Shown: piece after piece, positions 11,201 to 20,655 of the stretch
Numbering within the stretch: the first letter of the stretch is position 1
How the letters are laid out: each line of letters opens with the position of its first letter
Assembly: GCA_027451365.1 (NCBI GenBank)
Contig: DAIDJN010000071.1
Location: 1-55,600 of the forward strand
DNA from: Phycisphaerales bacterium
Lineage (GTDB): Bacteria; Planctomycetota; Phycisphaerae; WQYP01
DNA: 55,600 nucleotides
Direction: 5' to 3'
Translations under genes and position numbers: made by a program
The notes under the pieces: model-generated
Seen by the model: the letters and a program-made list of their open reading frames with translations, nothing else
Database searches by the model: none
Told to the model about the DNA's origin: nothing

Positions 11201-13783
11201 GATCCGGTTCCGCATGGCCCGGCGGGAATAGTCATGCGGCACCTGCTGCAAATCAGCGGGGCAACGCTGAGCATGGCGAGGTTTGACCCTGCCGCGCATC
11301 GCTTTGCCATTAACCTGGCGGCAGTAACGGTTCGTTCTCTGCGGATATCGCGGCGGAACAATGGGGACTGGTCTCTGCTGGGCTTGGGCGTGGCGGGTCA
11401 TTCATTACGCCCGGCGGGTCCGGTGCGGGTAAAACCCGCCATGACCGGGGCGTTCAGACTGCCCACGGTTCCTGTGTTGCCGCTGATTACGCTGCAAAAG
11501 TTGCGTCTGCGTGCGGATTCAATTCGCCTTGTGAATTTTCCGACTGCGGGGCCGGGCCGGCGAATATCGGCGAACCGCAATCTTCCGACCGGGCCCGCAC
11601 TTCATCTGACCAATGTGCTGCTGGCCAATACGCAGCCACTGCGCTGCCTGGGTAAAACGCCAGCATCAAATCCGGCGATCTCTCTGCGGCTGACCGGCCG
11701 TGCGGCGGGCCTGATCCATCAATTTGTAATTGGCTTTCACCTGCATCCTTTTGCCAACCTGCCCCGCCTGCAGACCACATTGCATATTGCCGGTCTAAAG
11801 GGTTCTGGCATCAGCCGCTTTGTGCCGGCGTTTGGCGACGTGTTCAATCCGGCGGCCCTGACGGACGGCCAGTTGACCGCCGAGGCGTTCATCCAGATGC
11901 AAATGGACCGCACCTCACCGGTTTCGTTTAATTTTAACCAACCGTTCTCTGTGGATGCGAAACTCCAGAACGTGGCATTCCGCCGACGTGCCGGGGGTAA
12001 AATATGGGCAGGAGTCAAGCTGATTCAGGCGGACAACATCTCTATTTCGAAACCCGGCCATTTTGTGACTATTCCGCTGGTCAACATTCTTACCCCACAG
12101 GCATTTGTTTTGCGAGAGGGAAAACGGATCACGATTCTCGGCCTGCCCTTGGCCCAGACCGGCCCTGTTGCCGCCGCACCGACGCCCGGTCTGACCAAAG
12201 CAGATCGCGTCGCTGTGACTGCGGCACATTCCGCGCCACCTGCGCATTTGGTTTCCACCCGGCCGGAAGCGACCCTTGTATCGAACCAGCCTGTTTCCGC
12301 CCCGCCGCATCTGACTGTCGGGCGAGTGGTGGTCAGCGGTTGCGATATTACATATGTTGATAAACTACTGCACATTCACGTTCCGCTGACCGGCCTGGAA
12401 ATGGAGGTCCGAAACATCGGGTCCGATTCCGCGCGGCACCCGGTTCCCATGGGGTTTAGTCTTCTGGTCTATTCCAAGCCGGTCACAATTGGCGGGAATG
12501 CGCCGGGACCGGCCATCCCGACCAGCGGCCCCGGCACTCGGCCGATTGGCGCCGCGACGGTCAAGACGTCGGCGACCAGGACCGCCAACACCACGTCCGC
12601 GGCCGGCCCACACGCCATCACACCAACCGGACACGCAGCCACCATTTCCCGGCCGGTGCCAGCCGTTCCCATACGCCATCGCAAGCTGTTTTCCCAGGTT
12701 TCAGCAAACGGACAGATATATGTATACCCGACACTTCATGGGTGGATTCAGACCAGTATCAACGGCCTGGAACTCGCCGCATTTCACGATGCAGCCGCCA
12801 ATACCGGTGTGACACTGAGCGGTGGCGTATTCGACGGATCCACCGATACCCGAATCACCAGTCCCGAAAAATTGGATACCCATGTCAAACTGGTGTTGAC
12901 CGACCTGAAACTCTCGGAACCGGCCAACGGACCGCTGCGCGATGTTCTGCGACTTCCCACTCCGCTGGATTTGGCCGTCGCCGCCATTGAGGCACCGGAC
13001 GGTTCCATCACGCTTTCCTTCGGCGTTCCAATACGACATTCACATATCTCAATGTCAGCTGTTGAAGGCGGTGTGATCGGTTCCATGGCCAAGGCTATCG
13101 CAATTGGGATTGCCAGTTCGCCGCTTAAACTGGTGGGCGGACTTTTCGGCGGGGCCTCCGCAAAACCGGCACCTTACCCGCCGGAATATGTGCTTTACGC
13201 CCCCGCGGCGACCGGCCTTACATCGCAAGGCGATGCCGCAATCCGCCGCGTGATTCACCTGTTGCGGGGCCATGATTCACTTCAGGTGGTGGTGAGCCAG
13301 CAGCTTAGTACCGGGGATTTTGCGGTGGCGGAACAGCGGGCCAATCCGTCACCCAAGGAGGCGCTGGAGCTTATCAACGCACTCCGCCAGCGGCAGCGCC
13401 GCCTTTTGGTGCAGCGCGTCGCACTGGTCGGCCGACTCCAGGGAAATGCGGCCATTCGCCTGCGCTCGGCCGCCATACAGCGCAACCGCGACCAGCTTCT
13501 GCGGCTGGACCAGCGCCTAACGCATACCCGGCTGGCGATTGAATTTCTTTCTTCCGTGCTGGAACCCGGCGCGCGGCGCGAAGCGGGTCGCCGCACACGC
13601 GGTGTGGCAATACTGATTGGTCAACGGCGCGAGGCCCAAGTGAAAGCGTTGCTGCTGGCCTCCGGTGTGGCACATATTCACCGGCGAGTGCACATTGTAT
13701 TTCCGCAATTTAAACCCGTTCAATCCGCCGCGGGCGGACCCACCGTTTTGACTCTGGAGCGCGTCACGGGTCGACAGAATTGA
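8258..13783 (+). CDS. DUF748 repeat / AsmA-like bridge protein with C-terminal OmpA-like region
   Basis: 1841 aa; N-terminal TM; repeated beta-rich units ('L....PYL','D..V.P'); 'A..APDGSI.LSF.V' C-terminal DUF748-type segment. Confidence 0.75.
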   Translation: MTNTNKPSASSGVKAAPSGKWKRRSIRILAVVGAAVILLRLSLLVLLPAVLQHALGYYGLKASWQRLSLSVLGGDLSIWDIKVSPLAGGPAVIKSEYCHGNVSVLQLFIGRLYLRRIEADGANIYITRDSSGNGPLLHALLAKPPAQSGTTVAGKWSLSSPLRIRAFRLEDVKLHLIDKSVRPTVRTHLAMNIRVSELGLKGKPTRFGLSFWSGTMLDTLRVGGTFTNTASTLSAHAHIFMIGLHLKPVAGYLRPLGLVPTAGNLSLHAAAQCQLRVLSGPHPALVASCSVTDLLLSADGQPALGVGQLALAAELKGKLLNLSDIALDGCHFYARRTRAGTFQFAGLNLTRATPAPPGPRTAVAVKVAAKAVAANPVLRAAAHVVAKSKETSGHYAIGIQAVHLRDLQLTWLDRAVVPANTITLNLNSLVATNSGGLPGQPSFHLKLQGNGSIPGVAQTFTLSGSSLPFAHPAVLNTHFMAAGITASALKPYLKAAGLTSELANGSLHFAAAANVGRSADGTLSAGFSLHHLVFADQGKTLLNFPGIELSSLRVNPLTGRFEVGNVLVDGPVFSITREKSGDLSLLGMRLRGRPIPPTRPRNTAAKPSGPAEPTVLPRIQVDSFLWHHIRIHFQDDAPGIARSFFIAHGGLSVKNFLLDMGHVSAHPRTGIFHAWIAAPGLLQSADLTGKLLPRKNSLGFGLSATASQMNLTPLAPYLVPEGILPLMMDGNLSAGIKGKLEKTASGYNGEFQAANVLLKNGTDTLASLAALNISGVRVSPHGLAIADCSATKPWIHIGRTKQGQLEALGLRFVPASSVANNPPVQPAPVPPLAGAARFFLLQKFSLNKGGFLWTDADVCRPVTLHISATAAASHIVLGRTTGRHWSHFSMQATIPGVLGNMSVTSRFAALTRSGKTRAALTVAMQHISAAPLEPYVPRNMYSTLRNGSLQMAASLLMQPNPKGGMGGQLVLKSLDLSNAIPDPVPHGPAGIVMRHLLQISGATLSMARFDPAAHRFAINLAAVTVRSLRISRRNNGDWSLLGLGVAGHSLRPAGPVRVKPAMTGAFRLPTVPVLPLITLQKLRLRADSIRLVNFPTAGPGRRISANRNLPTGPALHLTNVLLANTQPLRCLGKTPASNPAISLRLTGRAAGLIHQFVIGFHLHPFANLPRLQTTLHIAGLKGSGISRFVPAFGDVFNPAALTDGQLTAEAFIQMQMDRTSPVSFNFNQPFSVDAKLQNVAFRRRAGGKIWAGVKLIQADNISISKPGHFVTIPLVNILTPQAFVLREGKRITILGLPLAQTGPVAAAPTPGLTKADRVAVTAAHSAPPAHLVSTRPEATLVSNQPVSAPPHLTVGRVVVSGCDITYVDKLLHIHVPLTGLEMEVRNIGSDSARHPVPMGFSLLVYSKPVTIGGNAPGPAIPTSGPGTRPIGAATVKTSATRTANTTSAAGPHAITPTGHAATISRPVPAVPIRHRKLFSQVSANGQIYVYPTLHGWIQTSINGLELAAFHDAAANTGVTLSGGVFDGSTDTRITSPEKLDTHVKLVLTDLKLSEPANGPLRDVLRLPTPLDLAVAAIEAPDGSITLSFGVPIRHSHISMSAVEGGVIGSMAKAIAIGIASSPLKLVGGLFGGASAKPAPYPPEYVLYAPAATGLTSQGDAAIRRVIHLLRGHDSLQVVVSQQLSTGDFAVAEQRANPSPKEALELINALRQRQRRLLVQRVALVGRLQGNAAIRLRSAAIQRNRDQLLRLDQRLTHTRLAIEFLSSVLEPGARREAGRRTRGVAILIGQRREAQVKALLLASGVAHIHRRVHIVFPQFKPVQSAAGGPTVLTLERVTGRQN

Positions 13784-14049
13784 CCGATCGGTTGCGGGAC
13801 ATGTTCATTCGCCCTGGTTCGCGGAATCTTGGAACCCTTTCGGCCGGCAATCGAAAAGGCCTTCTCGCGTTTCTGGTGCGGTGACAAAACCGCGCACAAA
13901 TTGAAACCCGCCGTGCGGAAGGTATGAATGCATAAGAATTTAACCGACAAATCTTGAATTGCCGTTCGGTTTGCCCCACGCCGCACCAGGCGCGCTGTGG
14001 CAGCCTACAATACCCGGTCGGAACCCGCGTGTCTTACGGAGATTGCCCC

Positions 14050-15015
14050 ATGCGCTCGGCTGCAGCCACTTGCCTGTTTTTCTGCCTGCTGATTGCGGCA
14101 ATGACATCCCTCTGGGATATCGGCCCCGCAATATCGTCGGCTTCGCCTGCCCGCACTGCGTTGGCGACCGCTTCGCCGCGGGTGCTGCGAAATATTCCAT
14201 ATATTCATCCGCATGGACATGTCCGTATTGGAGATTTATACCTGCCCGCGGGCCACGGCCCGTTCCCGGCGGTGCTGCTGTTGCATGGCGGCGGCTGGGT
14301 GGCCGGGAGCAAGGGCGATGCCGGCGTTTCCTTTCTGGCTCCCCGGCTGGCCAAACGCGGCTGGGTTGTGTTTAACATCAATTACCGTCTGGTGCGGCGG
14401 GGCGGTGAATTTCCAGCGAATCTGGAAGACTGCAAAAACGCCCTGGCGTGGCTTATCATGCACGCCGACAAATATCATATTAACATAAATAGAATTGTAA
14501 TTGCAGGCGCGTCCGCCGGGGCTCATCTGGCCCTGCTGACAGCGTATACACGCCATTCCCGTGACTTTCCCGCGTCGCGTTACCCGGCGGTCCGGCTGCA
14601 CGCGGCGGCGGCAATCGGCTTTTATACGCCCACCGACGCTGCCTTTATCCGGTATCTGCCGCGGAGGTCCTTCGGTCGGCGGCTGGTGGTTCAATATCTG
14701 GCCGCGTGGCGAAAACTTCATCCGCATACCTGGTTGCTGGCACCTTCGCCGGTGAACTGGGCCGCCCACGGCGTTCCCACATTGCTGTTGCAAGGCACAG
14801 CCGATACGCTTGTTCCTCCGGTTCAGGCCGTCATCATGCAGCAGGCGTTGAAACGAAGCCACATTCCCGTCACGACGCTGATGATACCGGGTGTGGGCCA
14901 CGCATTTATGGATTTCCACTGTCCGGCCCGCACACAGGGGTGGCACGCGATGGAACATTTCCTGGCCAGCATTCATGATCGAAAAAAGACACCACACCCG
15001 CACCCGCCGCAGTAA
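14050..15015 (+). CDS. Secreted alpha/beta hydrolase (HSL-like / BD-FAE-type esterase)
   Basis: HGGGW..G; NYRL; G.SAGAHLA; QGT.D.LVP; GVGH; signal peptide from ATG 14050. Confidence 0.9.
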   Translation: MRSAAATCLFFCLLIAAMTSLWDIGPAISSASPARTALATASPRVLRNIPYIHPHGHVRIGDLYLPAGHGPFPAVLLLHGGGWVAGSKGDAGVSFLAPRLAKRGWVVFNINYRLVRRGGEFPANLEDCKNALAWLIMHADKYHININRIVIAGASAGAHLALLTAYTRHSRDFPASRYPAVRLHAAAAIGFYTPTDAAFIRYLPRRSFGRRLVVQYLAAWRKLHPHTWLLAPSPVNWAAHGVPTLLLQGTADTLVPPVQAVIMQQALKRSHIPVTTLMIPGVGHAFMDFHCPARTQGWHAMEHFLASIHDRKKTPHPHPPQ

Positions 15016-15233
15016 ATTATGCAACGCCGGCAATAGATTTGCGGAAGCGGGAGCAGGCGATTCTGTAGCCCAATCTTGTATGGTATCACTTATAATCGAT
15101 TGAAAAAGAAAAAAAAGATGCGTTTGTGTGACTTTTTTTCAATTATAGCCCATGTTTTGTATGATAATAACAAAGTAGCATGTGCAATCTACCTCTGGTG
15201 GACCGCGCCCCCGTTGCAAAGGTGTCAGGTAAT

Positions 15234-16583
15234 ATGTTGATTTCATTCTCCGTCGAAAACTATCGTTCCTATCGCGAACGCCAGACCATGAGTCTGCTGG
15301 CGGAGGACGGCCGTGAATCAATCGCCAATACAACTGCCATCCTTGCACCAGCCTTAAAGGGACGTCGTGTACTTAATGTGGCCGCCATTTATGGTGCCAA
15401 TGCATCGGGAAAGAGTAACTTTATAAGGGCGTTTAACAGGTTAATCCGAATCGTCACGACATCTGCAAAACAGGGCACCGAAAACGATCGATTACCTGTA
15501 ACGCCATTTGAACTTGACGATTTGTCCAAGGACAAACCGAGCTGTTTTTCAACCACCTTCATAATCAATGAGGTAGTCTATGTATATGATGTTGCCCTTT
15601 CCCGCGACCGGGTGCACAGCGAGGAGCTTACGGCGTTCCCCAAAACACATCCGCAGCGGCTTTTCTCCCGAACCGTCAGCAAGTCGGGAGTGAGCACCTG
15701 GCACTTTAGTCGAACCCATTTCCGTCGCGATCCGGCGCTGGAAATGCGTACGCGGCGCAACAGCCTTTACGTTTCGGTGGGGGCTGTCTTTAATCACAAG
15801 CTGTTAAAAGAGATATTTAAGTTTTTTGCGATCGCTAACACCCGCGTTCCACTGTTCGCGGACCAAGAACTGTTGCAATGTTCAAAGAACGAGAGTTTCA
15901 TGGCCTGGGCATCCAAAATGCTCGCGGCTGCGGACACCGGAATCACGGATATTCGCGCCAAGACTGTGGATCGGCTCGTTGATCTTTCGGAGGAAATCAG
16001 AAAAACATTGCCGGAAAAAGCTCTGTCTGATCTGCGCTCTCAGCCGGATTTGCTTGTATCGCACCGAAAATCCTCGGGCGGTGAAACCTGGTGGCCGATC
16101 GGCAGGGAATCGGATGGCACACGCCAATTGTTGAGCCTGCTTCGTTCGTGGCATGGAATACTCTACAGCGGGCGGCTGGCTTTTGTGGATGAACTCAACG
16201 ACAGCCTGCATCCGCTTCTTAGCCGGCGGCTGCTGCAAATGCTGGCCGAGGTCCCGCCGGGGCGCGCTCGTGGGCAGCTAATCTTCACCACGCATGACTC
16301 CACACTTTTGGATCCGCACCTTCTGCGTCGTGACCAGATATTTTTTACGGAAAAATCCTCCGACGGGGCGACCACGTTGTATTCTCTATTGGATTATACG
16401 CCGCGAAAGGATGAGGCCCTGCAAAAGGGCTATTTGGCCGGCCGGTATGGCGGCATTCCATTTTTTGGGGAGTTCAAATTTGAAGAAAACCATAAAACAT
16501 CGGCCGATATCGCGGAAGTTACAGCATCTCCAGCGAACGGCAGGCGGAAGAAATCCTCTCCCGATCATTCTGATCGTGTGTGA
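15234..16583 (+). CDS. AAA_21 / AbiLi (RloA-like) ATPase
   Basis: MLISFSVENYRS; Walker A GANASGKSN; ESDGT; Walker B FVDE..SLHP; FTTH; RRDQI.F.EK; YL.GRYGG.P. Confidence 0.9.
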   Translation: MLISFSVENYRSYRERQTMSLLAEDGRESIANTTAILAPALKGRRVLNVAAIYGANASGKSNFIRAFNRLIRIVTTSAKQGTENDRLPVTPFELDDLSKDKPSCFSTTFIINEVVYVYDVALSRDRVHSEELTAFPKTHPQRLFSRTVSKSGVSTWHFSRTHFRRDPALEMRTRRNSLYVSVGAVFNHKLLKEIFKFFAIANTRVPLFADQELLQCSKNESFMAWASKMLAAADTGITDIRAKTVDRLVDLSEEIRKTLPEKALSDLRSQPDLLVSHRKSSGGETWWPIGRESDGTRQLLSLLRSWHGILYSGRLAFVDELNDSLHPLLSRRLLQMLAEVPPGRARGQLIFTTHDSTLLDPHLLRRDQIFFTEKSSDGATTLYSLLDYTPRKDEALQKGYLAGRYGGIPFFGEFKFEENHKTSADIAEVTASPANGRRKKSSPDHSDRV

Positions 16584-17145
16584 AGGCCAGGCGACTGAAC
16601 CGATTTATTTTAAATCGCTCGCCAATAGTCGAAGATTACAGGGAGTTACGGTCCGGGCGGCGAGAGGATCGGCGCCCATGACAGTCGTCCGGGATGCCAT
16701 CAGTGCAAAAAAGCAGCAGGAGATGGATGCAACTCGCGGAGCCATGTTCGTACCATACGACGCGGTCTGGTGCGTGTGTGATGTCGATCAGCATCCGAAA
16801 ATCCGCGAGGCAATAAAACTGGCTGAGCAGAAAGGCGTGAAGATGGCAATATCCAATCCCAGTTTTGAATTCTGGCTGGTATTGCATTTCGAGAAATTTA
16901 CCACCACTGGAATTCAGCAACGCGAAATCCTCTCGCGATTGAAGCCCCAAATTCCGGGCTATGAGAAGTGAGCAAATTTTAAGGAAATTCTTCTGCCCAA
17001 GGTGGAGATAGCGGTCCGCCATTCCACTGTTATCTGGAAAGCACAATGGTGCTGCAAGCCGTCATCGGGTACTCATGTGCTTGACCGGAATCCGAGCACC
17101 CTGGTTCACAATCTTGTGGTGGACATGATGCCGCCTGGCGATTGA
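16480..17145 (+). pseudogene. RloB family (AbiLii-like, Toprim-like) protein interrupted by in-frame TGA at 16969-16971
   Basis: TTG start after GGGGAG; IVCEG..TE..YF, VWCV.D.D, SNP.FE.W..LHF, PGYEK*; the same frame continues 57 codons and contains the RloB C-terminal NPST.V..LV motif. Confidence 0.8.
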
Positions 17146-17483
17146 AGCGTCCGCACTCTGGCCACAAAATCCAAGGCCTGCTACGCCATTGAAAAGGATG
17201 AATGTTCACGAAATTCACCATGTTCACGTGTGCGTGCGCGGGGCACATTTCATAAACATACGCAAGCCTTTGGCCGCAGGGTGATTCAGCGCGCGGGACG
17301 AAGTTGGCGGCTGCATCGCCCGGTTCACCTTCCATCCTGCCCCCGGAATCCGTGCTGGCACCGCCTGCATACAGTCAATGCCGCTGCCAAAATTCACCTT
17401 TGGCCGCCGGGCAAACCGATGCAAAATGGCTTCAAAGCGGTTAAGCTAAGGGTTTTGGGTTTCGGCGCTTGGAGAGCCTGTTC

Positions 17484-20381
17484 ATGACTTCACGGGAAAT
17501 TCGTTCGCAGTTTATAGACTTTTTTGTCAAAAAACATCGGCACACCTTCGTGGCCTCGAGCCCGGTTGTGCCGCTGGACGACCCCACCCTGCTATTCGCT
17601 AATGCGGGAATGAATCAGTTCAAGCCTTATTTTTTAGGTACTTCCAAGGCTCCATGGCCACGGGTGGCCAATACCCAGAAATGCATACGCGCCGGCGGGA
17701 AGCATAATGACCTTGACGATGTCGGCCGATCACGCCGCCACCACACCTTCTTTGAAATGCTGGGCAACTGGAGTTTTGGCGACTATTTCAAACAGGGGGC
17801 CATTGAAATGGCTTGGGAACTGCTGACCCAGGTCTGGAAACTGGACCCCTCGCGACTGCATGTAACCGTATACCGGGGCGACCCCGCAGACGGCGTTCCA
17901 CCTGATGATGAAGCCGCCCGCCTGTGGGAAACCGTGGCCGGTGTCAAGCCGGACCATATTCACCGGTTTGTGCATGAGAATTTCTGGGAAATGGGTGATA
18001 CCGGCCCTTGCGGCCCCTGCACGGAAATATTTATTGACCGCACGCCAGACGGCACCGGCGGCCCGCAGGTAAACGGCACCGACCCGCGTGTCATGGAAAT
18101 ATGGAATCTGGTGTTCATTCAATACAACCGCGGCGCTGGCCGCAAACTGACGCCTTTGCCAGCCCAGCATGTGGATACCGGCATGGGACTCGAACGCATC
18201 TGTCAGGTCATCGGCGGATTTTCCGACAACTACGCCACAGATCTGTTTACACCGATTTTTAGCGCCATCAGCGACCTTTCCGGCCTTGGCTATGGCGGGA
18301 AATTTCCCACGCTGGATCAGGCTGGCGGCGAAGAGGCCGGCAATCTGAGCCTTTCGCGCGACATCGCCTTTCGGGTAGTGGCCGATCATATCCGTTGCCT
18401 GACATTCGCGCTGACTGATGGCGCGATTCCCTCGAATGAAGGCCGTGGTTACGTGCTGCGGCGCATTCTGCGTCGCGCCGTCCGCTTTGGCCGCCAGACG
18501 CTGGAACTGCGCGAGCCGTTTCTGCATCGGCTGGTGCCCGTGGTGGTCGATGCCATGGGAGACGCATTCCCGGAAATTAAAGCACACCCGGATGCGGTGG
18601 CGAAACTGATTCAAAATGAAGAGGAAAGTTTCAGCCGTACGCTTGACCGTGGTCTGGAACTTTTTGCCGCCGCCGCCGACGAAGCCCGCAAAGTCCCCAC
18701 CGCCGGCACCCGGCCGGTGGTATCCGCCGCCAATGCTTTCAAGCTGCATGACACCTACGGTTTCCCGATAGACCTGACCCAGATTATCGCCCGCGAACAG
18801 GATTTGGATGTAGATGTGCCCGGCTATGAAAAGCTGATGGATGCCGCGCGCGACAAGGCCCGTCTCGCCGGTCGGAGCGGTCAGGAGAACCTGGCCGGGT
18901 TGCCGAACAATATTCTGACGGAACTTGCCGCCATGCGCGTCCATTCCACAGACGACCAGGCCAAATTCCTGCACAAGCCGCTGCGAGCACATGTCGCCGC
19001 AATTTGGGACGGCACTCACCTGTGCGACCATGCGGGCGGATCCGGAAAAGTCGCGCTGCTTCTGGACAAAACCAATTTTTATGCCGAAATGGGTGGACAG
19101 GTCGGCGATCAGGGGGAAATCCGTACTGATCATGGCGGTGTATTTGTCGTGGAAACAACACAAGTTAACGCCGGGTTTGTTCTGCATATCGGCCATATTA
19201 AAACAGGCAAACTCACCGTAGGCGACTCGGTTACCGCGGAAGTGTTCTCGGCCCGGCAGCGCACGGAAAAGAATCATACGTCCACCCACCTGCTTAACTG
19301 GGCGCTCCGGCAGGTGCTTGGCGACCATGTGCAGCAAAAGGGTTCGCTGGTAGATGCGCAAAAGCTGCGGTTCGATTTTATCCAGCCCGTACCTGTTTCA
19401 GATGACCAGCTTGCCCATGTTGAATCGCTGGTGGCAAAAGCCATTGAAGCGGATATGCCAGTTTACACCGCCGTGGTACCAGCGGAAAAAGGACGCGACA
19501 TTTTTTCGCTGCGGGCTATTTTTGGTGAAAAATATCCGCCCATGGTTCGAGTGGTCAGCATCGGCCGCCCCGTGGAAGACCTGCTGGCGGACCCGGCGAA
19601 TCCGAATTGGCGGCAATATTCCATCGAATTCTGCGGGGGCACCCATTTGGCCCACACCGGCCAGGCGGAGGCCTTTGTCCTGATTGGCGAAGAATCTGTC
19701 AGCAAAGGAGTCCGGCGCGTTGTGGCCCTTACGGGTCAGGCCGCCCGTGACGCCCAGCGACAGGCTGGCAATGTGATGACACTGGTGGATAAGGCGGCCC
19801 ATGCGCCGGTCAGTGAACTGCCCGCTCTTCTGGCGGAAATTCAAAAAGTCGCCCGCGAACCGGGCCTGCCCATGATGGCCCGCCGGCTGGCCTTGCATAC
19901 ACAGGCTGCGGTTCAGGAAAAACTGAAACAGGAACAGAAAAAGCACGCAGGCGGAAATACCGACGGCCACGACTTTTCCAGTGATGTGGACAGGCTGGTT
20001 TCCACGATACAGACAATCGGCCCGGCAAAGCTGATTGTCGGTCAGCTTTCCACGGGCGACCCGGATGCGCTGCGATCGGTCATGGACAGTCTGAAGAAAA
20101 AGCTCGGGCAGGATTCCATGGCGATGCTGCTGGTCGGCACACATATTCAGACCGATAAGGATGGCAAGGCGCAACCGCCCAAGGTCAATTTGCTGGCTTC
20201 TGTCAGCGACGCCCTGATTGACAAATTAAAGGCCGGTGATTGGGTAAAACATATTGCCCCGCTGGTGGGGGGAAGTGGCGGGGGACGGCCGCAACTGGCC
20301 ATGGCCGGCGGCAAAGATGTAGCCGGCATTGAAAGAGCTTTGGAGACCGGCCGTGATTTTGCCGTCGGCAAACTGGCCTAA
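17484..20381 (+). CDS. alaS: Alanine--tRNA ligase
   Basis: DPTLLFANAGMNQFK; H.TFFEMLGNWSFGDYFK; DTGMGLER; FCGGTH; GGGRP..A.AGG. Confidence 0.98.
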   Translation: MTSREIRSQFIDFFVKKHRHTFVASSPVVPLDDPTLLFANAGMNQFKPYFLGTSKAPWPRVANTQKCIRAGGKHNDLDDVGRSRRHHTFFEMLGNWSFGDYFKQGAIEMAWELLTQVWKLDPSRLHVTVYRGDPADGVPPDDEAARLWETVAGVKPDHIHRFVHENFWEMGDTGPCGPCTEIFIDRTPDGTGGPQVNGTDPRVMEIWNLVFIQYNRGAGRKLTPLPAQHVDTGMGLERICQVIGGFSDNYATDLFTPIFSAISDLSGLGYGGKFPTLDQAGGEEAGNLSLSRDIAFRVVADHIRCLTFALTDGAIPSNEGRGYVLRRILRRAVRFGRQTLELREPFLHRLVPVVVDAMGDAFPEIKAHPDAVAKLIQNEEESFSRTLDRGLELFAAAADEARKVPTAGTRPVVSAANAFKLHDTYGFPIDLTQIIAREQDLDVDVPGYEKLMDAARDKARLAGRSGQENLAGLPNNILTELAAMRVHSTDDQAKFLHKPLRAHVAAIWDGTHLCDHAGGSGKVALLLDKTNFYAEMGGQVGDQGEIRTDHGGVFVVETTQVNAGFVLHIGHIKTGKLTVGDSVTAEVFSARQRTEKNHTSTHLLNWALRQVLGDHVQQKGSLVDAQKLRFDFIQPVPVSDDQLAHVESLVAKAIEADMPVYTAVVPAEKGRDIFSLRAIFGEKYPPMVRVVSIGRPVEDLLADPANPNWRQYSIEFCGGTHLAHTGQAEAFVLIGEESVSKGVRRVVALTGQAARDAQRQAGNVMTLVDKAAHAPVSELPALLAEIQKVAREPGLPMMARRLALHTQAAVQEKLKQEQKKHAGGNTDGHDFSSDVDRLVSTIQTIGPAKLIVGQLSTGDPDALRSVMDSLKKKLGQDSMAMLLVGTHIQTDKDGKAQPPKVNLLASVSDALIDKLKAGDWVKHIAPLVGGSGGGRPQLAMAGGKDVAGIERALETGRDFAVGKLA

Positions 20382-20655
20382 ATTCGCAGTCAAGGGGCGG
20401 CGACGGGCTGTAAACAAATGCAAACAGAGACTCAAGTGCTGGTTCACGCGCCGATTTCGGGCGAATTGTCAAAATCAGATCATCCATGATACAATTCTCA
20501 CCAACTTCAGCAGGGTTCCCGGCGCACCAGGCTTTAACCGAGCTTTCGAAAAGTGCGATGGCGTTCGTGCGGCCAGATTACGGGACACATTATCTACCGC
20601 CATCCGATCCCGTGCGGCGACCGGACGGGCGGGCGGCGTTGGAAAGGAACCGACC

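Noticed and set aside
16969..17010. Selenocysteine recoding of the RloB TGA
   Set aside because: Only a weak G-U-rich hairpin follows, and the position is not a known Cys site in RloB
17409..17440. c-di-GMP-I riboswitch-like GGGCAAACC..GCAA..GG..CAAAGC upstream of alaS
   Set aside because: Stem mismatched, GACGC core absent, no second hairpin; implausible context
17730..20174. Long antisense ORFs (543 aa, 258 aa) opposite alaS, and similar shadows such as 35575..36846
   Set aside because: Typical high-GC shadow frames opposite clear genes, with no motifs
20329..20655. N-terminal extensions given by the track for the 20329, 30628, 35545, 35936 and 54130 starts
   Set aside because: Downstream ATGs have better RBS, gene coupling or family N-termini
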